This document shows, piece by piece, positions 58,033-64,000 of a stretch of DNA of 64,000 nt. Origin of the DNA: an uncultured Acidobacteriota bacterium (lineage in GTDB: Bacteria > Acidobacteriota > UBA6911 > RPQK01 > JAPXNP01); the NCBI GenBank assembly GCA_963777605.1, contig CAVZRV010000011.1, positions 384,001 to 448,000 of the forward strand, in the 5' to 3' direction. The translations under genes were made by a program, and so were the position numbers. Within the stretch, counting starts at the first letter, position 1. Each line of letters begins with the position of its first letter. The notes under the pieces were generated by a model. That model searched no databases, was not told where the DNA came from, and worked only from the letters and a program-made list of their open reading frames with translations.

Positions 58033-58845
58033 TTACTGAGCACCCGACAGGCTGCCTGCGGGGGCGAACCTGACCGGTTCGATCTTGTCGATCAGCCCCA
58101 GTTTTCCCGCCAGTTCGTAAAACCGCCGGAGCCCGCGCTGGTTGTCGCTGTCCAGAGAGAAGTCGAGATTGAGGGTCAGGTAAGAACGAATGTCGGGTGC
58201 TGTGACCGGCAGGCGCGAGGAATACCACTCTGCAATGAAAGGCAACGATCTGAGCCCCTCTTCCCGGGATCGGTGAAAGTCGGCCAAATCCTCTTCCGAC
58301 AGGCCCTGTCGCCGAACCGCCCAAAACGCAAACACGAAGGGCAACCCGGTGAAACGATTCCATTCAGCTGCCAGGTCGTGAACGTAGAGACCGTCTGTCG
58401 GGACCTGGAGGGCCGGATTACCGATCACGAGCCCAGCGTCGAAGTCTCGCAGCATCTCGCGCGGACTTGGTGGGCACTCCACGAATTCAACTCCGCGCAG
58501 GCCGTAGAACTCCAGGATCAGGATCTTCAACAGCGCCACCGAGGTCCGGCTGGAGGCATCCACGGCGATTCTTCGAACCGACCGAATTGGCACCCGGCTC
58601 AGAAAGAGGACGCTCCGAACCTCGCGCTTGGATGCGATTGCGATCCCGGGCACGACTTCGAGGCCCGGAATCCGCTGGTACTCGATCACTGGGATGAGAC
58701 CCGCGTCGGCCTCGCCGTTCTTCAGGTGGCGGGCACATTCCGCCGGCACGTCGAAAAGAACCTCGTGTTTCCCTTTAAGAGAACCGTGTAAGAATCCCCA
58801 TCCCAGGGGAACCGCATTCAGAAACTCGATAAATGAAATCCTCAT
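58033..58845 (-). CDS. mqnA: chorismate dehydratase (futalosine menaquinone pathway)
   Basis: FLNAVPL, VRSVLF, SRTSVAL, LVIGNPAL, DLAAEW...TGLPFVFAFW. Confidence 0.9.
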   Translation of the reverse strand: MRISFIEFLNAVPLGWGFLHGSLKGKHEVLFDVPAECARHLKNGEADAGLIPVIEYQRIPGLEVVPGIAIASKREVRSVLFLSRVPIRSVRRIAVDASSRTSVALLKILILEFYGLRGVEFVECPPSPREMLRDFDAGLVIGNPALQVPTDGLYVHDLAAEWNRFTGLPFVFAFWAVRRQGLSEEDLADFHRSREEGLRSLPFIAEWYSSRLPVTAPDIRSYLTLNLDFSLDSDNQRGLRRFYELAGKLGLIDKIEPVRFAPAGSLSGAQ

Positions 58846-58946
58846 TCGTTCGTCCTGTCCGCCAGACTACCACGGATAGAACGGCTTGCGGTCGAGAGGG
58901 AGGAGGAGCTTACCCTGAGGCCTTCGATCACACTACAATCACTTCC

Positions 58947-60116
58947 ATGGATGTCACGCTGGGACTCGATGTTCTGTTGAACGAACGACTCGATCTTCTT
59001 TACGGCAAACGCGTCGGGGTGCTGGCCCACCCCGCGTCGATCAACCTCGGCCGCCGGCATATTGTCGATCTGCTCGTGGAGCGACCCGAGGTTCAACTTA
59101 CCGCCGTCTTCGGGCCCCAGCACGGAGCCCGCGGAGAGACCCAGGACAACATGATTGAATGGCAGGACTATCGTGATCACAGGACCGGAATCCCGGTCTA
59201 CTCACTGTACGGCACTACCCGCAAGCCGACCCGGGAAATGCTGGAGAATCTGGATGTTCTGGTCATCGACTTGCAGGATGTCGGGGCTCGTTACTACACC
59301 TTCATCTACACGATGGCACTGGCGATGGAAGCCTGTGCGGAACAGGGGAAAGCAGTAGTCGTCCTCGATCGGCCCAACCCGATCAACGGAGTCGACGTCG
59401 AAGGGCCCGTTCTGGATCCCCATTTCTGCTCGTTCGTGGGACTCTACCCAATTCCGGTTCGTCACGGGATGACTCCTGGAGAACTGGCTCAAATGTTTAA
59501 CCGGGAATTCGAGATCGAAGTAGAACTGACGGTCGTTCCAATGCAGGGTTGGCACCGTGAACAGCATTTCGACGAGACCGGCCTTCCCTGGGTGATGCCA
59601 TCCCCGAACATGCCAAACCTGAACGCCGCGCTGGTCTATCCCGGGCTCTGCCTGCTTGAAGGCACGAACGTCTCGGAGGGACGAGGCACCACCGCACCCT
59701 TTGAATTCAGCGGGGCCCCCTGGATCGACTCCGAGGACTTCGCCGCGCGGATGTCCGAAAAGAAGCTGCCGGGGGCCTTCTTCCGGCCGCTCCATTTTCT
59801 GCCGACTTTCCACAAGTGGGCTGGACATCTCGTTGGAGGAGTCCAGATTCACGTGACGGATCGGGGTTCCTTTCAGCCCTTCCTGACGGGAATGTTGCTG
59901 ATCGAGGCCTACCGGGAATCCGGCCCGGAGCTCTTTCAGTGGAAGATGCCGCCTTATGAGTACGAATACGACCTGCTCCCATTCGACATCCTATGCGGCA
60001 CCGACCAGGTCAGGAAAACGATGGAATCCGGCGAGTCGCTGGCGGAACTGGCCGCCGGCTGGATTTCCGAAATCGAACGATTCCGCCAACTCCGGGAACC
60101 GTTCCTGCTGTACTGA
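58947..60116 (+). CDS. namZ: DUF1343 exo-beta-N-acetylmuramidase (NamZ family)
   Basis: FGPQHG, YSLYG, DLQDVGARYYTF, LDRPNPING, RHGMT.GELA, PSPNMP, EGTNVSEGRGT..PFE; no signal peptide from ATG 58947. Confidence 0.88.
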   Translation: MDVTLGLDVLLNERLDLLYGKRVGVLAHPASINLGRRHIVDLLVERPEVQLTAVFGPQHGARGETQDNMIEWQDYRDHRTGIPVYSLYGTTRKPTREMLENLDVLVIDLQDVGARYYTFIYTMALAMEACAEQGKAVVVLDRPNPINGVDVEGPVLDPHFCSFVGLYPIPVRHGMTPGELAQMFNREFEIEVELTVVPMQGWHREQHFDETGLPWVMPSPNMPNLNAALVYPGLCLLEGTNVSEGRGTTAPFEFSGAPWIDSEDFAARMSEKKLPGAFFRPLHFLPTFHKWAGHLVGGVQIHVTDRGSFQPFLTGMLLIEAYRESGPELFQWKMPPYEYEYDLLPFDILCGTDQVRKTMESGESLAELAAGWISEIERFRQLREPFLLY

Positions 60117-60172
60117 AGTCCGCATCTGTTAAGATTCCACCTTCCCGCGGGACTCTTGCGGGGGGAGCTGAG

Positions 60173-60718
60173 ATGATCGACGATCGCCACGAGACAGAAG
60201 CCAAGATCCGGATCGAACTTGAAGCCATTCCACGGCTGAGAGAACAGGCCCGTGCACTCGGCTTTCGGCAGACTGGGGCATTGCAGGACGAGATGAACAT
60301 CCTGTTCGACTTTCCTGACGGCCGGCTTCGCGAGTCAGGGACCGCACTTCGCCTCAGGCAATACGGAGATCAGTGCCGTCTGACCTACAAGGGGCCGCGC
60401 ATCGACGATCCCCTGCTTAAGATCCGGCTCGAAGAGGAGACCTCGATTGGTGACTTCGCGACCGCCCGTCGCATCCTGGAACAGATCGGTCTCCAGGTCA
60501 GCTTTCGGTATGAGAAGAAGCGAGAGAAGTACCTTCTCGAGTCCGCCGACAAGCAGGTGGAATTGTGTATCGACCAGACCTCCGTAGGCTGTTTTGCCGA
60601 GATCGAGGGAAGCCCGAAGGCGATTACCGAATTGGCCCAGGCTTTCGGCTGGTCCCAGAGTCAATTTCTCAAGGTCAACTATGTCGATCTTTTCGCGGAG
60701 CAGGGCTTTGGTCGATGA
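60173..60718 (+). CDS. CYTH-domain protein (class IV adenylate cyclase/triphosphatase-like)
   Basis: ETEAK (ExExK), LRLR, LTYKGP, EEET, YEKKREKY, G.FAEIEG. Confidence 0.88.
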   Translation: MIDDRHETEAKIRIELEAIPRLREQARALGFRQTGALQDEMNILFDFPDGRLRESGTALRLRQYGDQCRLTYKGPRIDDPLLKIRLEEETSIGDFATARRILEQIGLQVSFRYEKKREKYLLESADKQVELCIDQTSVGCFAEIEGSPKAITELAQAFGWSQSQFLKVNYVDLFAEQGFGR

Positions 60719-61769
60719 CCTCGCGGGTGTGATCCTTGCGGCCGGGTTGGGAAGCCGACTGCAACCCCTGACCCATTTTCGGGCCAAGCCGGCGGTCCCA
60801 CTCCTGGGACGACCGCTGATCCAGTCCCCCCTGGAACTGCTTGCCGGGCTGGGCGTCCAAGATTGTGTGATCAACCTCCACCACCTGCCCGACTCGGTTC
60901 GGAGCGCCGTGATCGAACTGCAGACCGGCTTGCGAATTCGATACTCGCACGAGCCTGAGATCCTGGGAACCGCCGGAGCCCTGGTCCCGGCGCGCGATCT
61001 CCTGCGGGACCGAACCGTGATCCTGGCCAACGGCAAGATCCACTTCGAGGGCGCCTTGGAACCGGCCCTCGAGTTTCACCAAAGCCATGACTCCTGGGTG
61101 ACTCTCGTCCTGGTTCCATTCGAACTCGGGATGCCTTTCAACCCGGTCTGGATGGACTCAAACGGGGAGATCCGGAGCTTCGTATCTGGCCGTTCGCAAG
61201 CCGGAAACCCGCTGGCTCCCGTCCCCGGGTTGGAGCCATTCGTATTCACCGGGGTCCATATCCTGGACCCCAGGGCCGTTGAACTCATTCCCGACCGGCC
61301 CTATGAGACGGTGCTCGAACTCTACCCGAGCTTGATGAAGTCCGGGAAACCGACAATGGGTTTCGTCTCTTCGGCGTACTGGTGCGAAACCAGCACCCCG
61401 CAACGCTATCTGGGAAAAACCCTCGAACTCCTCGAACGGAGAGAACTCGATGGGATAGATCTCAGCGCGACCGGAACTCCGCTCGACCAGGGCGTCGTCG
61501 GACACCGGGCAACTCTGGGCAAAGGCTGTGTCGTCCGCAGATCGGTTCTCTGGGACCGGGTCAGCCTGGGAGAAGGAACGCACATTGAAAACTCGATCGT
61601 TGTCGATGGAGTTGCGGTCCCGGCCCGAACGACTATCCGGGACTGCATCTTGACTCCCCGGCGTCCTCGACTGGAATCGCTCTGCCGCTTCGCCGGCGGT
61701 TCCGTATCCGACAACTATCTCAGCTGGCCGTTCGCGTCAGATCCTTTTGACAGACTTCAGAGCAAGTAG
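60708..61769 (+). CDS. sugar-1-phosphate nucleotidyltransferase (MurU-like)
   Basis: ILAAGLGSRLQPLT...KPAVP, INLHHL, EPEILGTAG, FTGVHI, C-terminal beta-helix; probable TTG start at 60708. Confidence 0.85.
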   Translation: MVDDLAGVILAAGLGSRLQPLTHFRAKPAVPLLGRPLIQSPLELLAGLGVQDCVINLHHLPDSVRSAVIELQTGLRIRYSHEPEILGTAGALVPARDLLRDRTVILANGKIHFEGALEPALEFHQSHDSWVTLVLVPFELGMPFNPVWMDSNGEIRSFVSGRSQAGNPLAPVPGLEPFVFTGVHILDPRAVELIPDRPYETVLELYPSLMKSGKPTMGFVSSAYWCETSTPQRYLGKTLELLERRELDGIDLSATGTPLDQGVVGHRATLGKGCVVRRSVLWDRVSLGEGTHIENSIVVDGVAVPARTTIRDCILTPRRPRLESLCRFAGGSVSDNYLSWPFASDPFDRLQSK

Positions 61770-61771
61770 GC

Positions 61772-62809
61772 ATGAACGATAAAGAACTCGCCCCTATTCA
61801 ACAGAGAGTGATGGAATTCGTCCGGGAGCGCTTTCAACCGGGCTATAACCACTACAACGTAGCCAAGCTGCTGGGGGACGCGTCTTCCCGCCAGTACTAC
61901 CGATACTTCTCGGACTCGGGTACTTCCTACGTCCTGGCGGCTTACCCCGAACAGTTCGACCCCGGGTCTTTCACCTACAAACAGATTTACGACCTCCTTC
62001 AGGAGATCGAGGTCCCGGTCCCGGAAATCATCGACCTCGATGGCGAACTCGGGATCGTCCTGCAGCAAGACCTGGGCAACGACTCCCTCCAGAAGATCCT
62101 CAGGGCTGCGGCCGACAATCAGAAAACCATCCTGTTGCGCAACGCCATCGATCATGTGGTGAAGATCCAGACCGAAGGTTCACGAGCCTTCCAGCCGGAG
62201 TGTTCGGGGTTCCACCTCGCCTTTGACGAACCCAAGCTGAAGTGGGAGTTCGATTTCTTCCGGAAGCACTACCTCGAAAACTACCGGCGCCTCCCCGCCG
62301 ACGGCTTTCCGGGCCTCGACGAAGAATTCACCATCATCGCCAGAGAACTCGCCGAGTATCCCCGCGTGCTGACCCACCGGGACTTCCACGTTCGGAACAT
62401 GATGCTCAAGAACGGCATTCTCTTTGTAATCGATTTCCAGGACGCGCGATGGGGGCCGCCGAGCTACGACCTGGCATCCCTCTTGAAGGACTCCCTTGAG
62501 CTCGATCCCGGAGCCGTCGCCGAGTCAATCAACTACTACCTGGAAGCGATGCAACGTCGAGGCTGGTCCGACCTCGAGCCGGAGACATTTTCAGAGGACC
62601 GCTTTTTACGGCAGTTCGATCTCATGAGCGTGCAGCGCCTGCTCAAGGCCCTGGGCACTTACGGCTACCAGATCATCGTCCGGGAGAACTTTATTTACGA
62701 GCAATACATGGCCGGTTCCCTTCACCGTGCCCTGATGTCGCTGGAGCAGTTGGACGCATTCCCGATAACCAGAAAGCTCGTGGAAAGCGAACTGTCGAAT
62801 CGGGCCTAG
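61772..62809 (+). CDS. APH-fold kinase, AmgK-like MurNAc/GlcNAc kinase
   Basis: GDASSRQYYR, QDLG, HRDFHVRNMM, IDFQDARWG...YDLASLL.D, QRLLKALGTYG. Confidence 0.85.
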   Translation: MNDKELAPIQQRVMEFVRERFQPGYNHYNVAKLLGDASSRQYYRYFSDSGTSYVLAAYPEQFDPGSFTYKQIYDLLQEIEVPVPEIIDLDGELGIVLQQDLGNDSLQKILRAAADNQKTILLRNAIDHVVKIQTEGSRAFQPECSGFHLAFDEPKLKWEFDFFRKHYLENYRRLPADGFPGLDEEFTIIARELAEYPRVLTHRDFHVRNMMLKNGILFVIDFQDARWGPPSYDLASLLKDSLELDPGAVAESINYYLEAMQRRGWSDLEPETFSEDRFLRQFDLMSVQRLLKALGTYGYQIIVRENFIYEQYMAGSLHRALMSLEQLDAFPITRKLVESELSNRA

Positions 62810-62875
62810 TGAAGGATCTCGATGAACTTCCGGGGCGTTTGTTGTTTGTCCCGGGTCCGTCTAAAATCCCTTGTC

Positions 62876-64000
62876 ATGCACGTCTACGTTGAGGAAGTTC
62901 ACAAACACATTGGCCGGGAAGTGACGATTCGCGGTTGGCTTTACCATCGGACCGACAAGGGAAAGCTCCGTTTTCTGCTCGTCCGGGATGGCACGGGTGT
63001 TATTCAGGCCGTCGTTTTCAAGAAGGCGGTGGCCCCAGAAGTATTTGAAGCGGCCGATTCAATCACCCAGGAGACGTCGGTTCAGGTGACCGGGACGATT
63101 CGCCAGGACGACCGGGCTCCGGGAGGTTTCGAACTGGACGCCTCCGACGTCAGAGTCTTCGGGAGTTCCACCGACTACCCGATCACACCCAAGGAACACG
63201 GCACGGCCTTCCTGATGGAGAATCGCCATCTCTGGCTTCGATCATCCCGCCAGCACGCTATTCTCCGGGTTCGGCACGAGATCATCCGGGCGGTCCGAGA
63301 CTACTTCGACAACCGGGGATTCACCCTGGTCGACACCCCCATTCTGACCCCCGCCGCATGCGAGGGTACGACAACGCTCTTCGAACTCGATTACTTTGGC
63401 GAAAAGGCGTTCCTCAGCCAGAGCGGCCAACTCTACAACGAGGCGGCTTGCGTGTCGGTCGGCAAGACCTACTGCTTCGGCCCGACTTTCAGAGCTGAGA
63501 AGTCGAAAACGAGACGCCACTTGATGGAGTTCTGGATGGTCGAGCCGGAGGTGGCCTGGGCTGAACTCGACGACGTGATGGAACTGGCCGAAGGCCTCGT
63601 CGTGGAGATTGTCGCCCGGGTACTTGACCGGCGCAAGGAAGAACTCAAGATCCTGGAACGCGACACCTCCAAACTGGAGTCCGTCGGGGCTCGCTTCCCC
63701 CGCATCTCCTATCACGAAGCCTTCGACATCCTCGAGAAGAAGGGGACGGAGACTCCACGAGGATCCGATTTTGGAGGCGGCGACGAGACCGTGCTCTCGG
63801 AGGAATTCGACCGCCCGGTAATCGTTCATCGGTATCCATCAGCCGTGAAAGCCTTTTACATGCAGCCTGACCCGGAGAACTCAAACCTGGCCCTGTGCAT
63901 GGACATGCTTGCGCCCGAAGGCTACGGGGAAATCATCGGCGGCAGTCAGAGAATTCACGACTACGACCTGCTCGTCGAGCGGATCCGGGAACACAAACTG
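62876..64000 (+). CDS. asnS: asparagine--tRNA ligase (3' end runs off the window)
   Basis: Missing from the ORF track. Manual translation gives [82 protein letters not shown]. Confidence 0.96.
   Translation, partial: MHVYVEEVHKHIGREVTIRGWLYHRTDKGKLRFLLVRDGTGVIQAVVFKKAVAPEVFEAADSITQETSVQVTGTIRQDDRAPGGFELDASDVRVFGSSTDYPITPKEHGTAFLMENRHLWLRSSRQHAILRVRHEIIRAVRDYFDNRGFTLVDTPILTPAACEGTTTLFELDYFGEKAFLSQSGQLYNEAACVSVGKTYCFGPTFRAEKSKTRRHLMEFWMVEPEVAWAELDDVMELAEGLVVEIVARVLDRRKEELKILERDTSKLESVGARFPRISYHEAFDILEKKGTETPRGSDFGGGDETVLSEEFDRPVIVHRYPSAVKAFYMQPDPENSNLALCMDMLAPEGYGEIIGGSQRIHDYDLLVERIREHKL

Noticed and set aside
61772-62809. Aminoglycoside resistance kinase
   Set aside because: The GDASxRxYxR and DFQDA motifs and the adjacent nucleotidyltransferase and namZ fit AmgK better.
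63242-63829. 195-aa minus-strand ORF
   Set aside because: Antisense shadow of asnS.

Overview
GC-rich bacterial chromosome segment, most likely Acidobacteriota (inferred from the acidobacterial-type secreted VWA protein and overall gene content). The housekeeping backbone is dinG/yoaA (partial), glyA, proS, a dcw cluster mraZ-rsmH-ftsL-ftsI-murEF-mraY-murD-ftsW-murG-murC-ftsQAZ (no murB or ddl), glk, an EF-G paralogue, lgt, rluD, topA, dprA, mqnA, a namZ-CYTH-murU-amgK-like MurNAc salvage cluster and asnS (partial). Two accessory signalling islands stand out. (1) At 24.5-35.6 kb, an apparently self-contained cAMP circuit: a FecR-TPR-beta-barrel outer-membrane protein, two CHASE2 class III cyclases, a secreted M48 protease, a cNMP-binding MscS channel and an MBL-fold hydrolase. 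(2) At 41.2-53.7 kb, a secreted S8 subtilase with a tail in strict hexapeptide register (20 QVIWTD-type units). It is divergent from a giant pseudokinase-ATPase-TPR-GAF-sigma54 activator and lies near a membrane HD-GYP/GAF/GGDEF protein, a GT2 and a small membrane protein. Three single-base frameshifts fall only in island 2. No rRNA, tRNA, CRISPR array or transposase was recognised. Two MITE/REP-like palindromic elements and several short tandem repeats lie in intergenic regions. Family assignments come from motif recognition only; no database searches were run.
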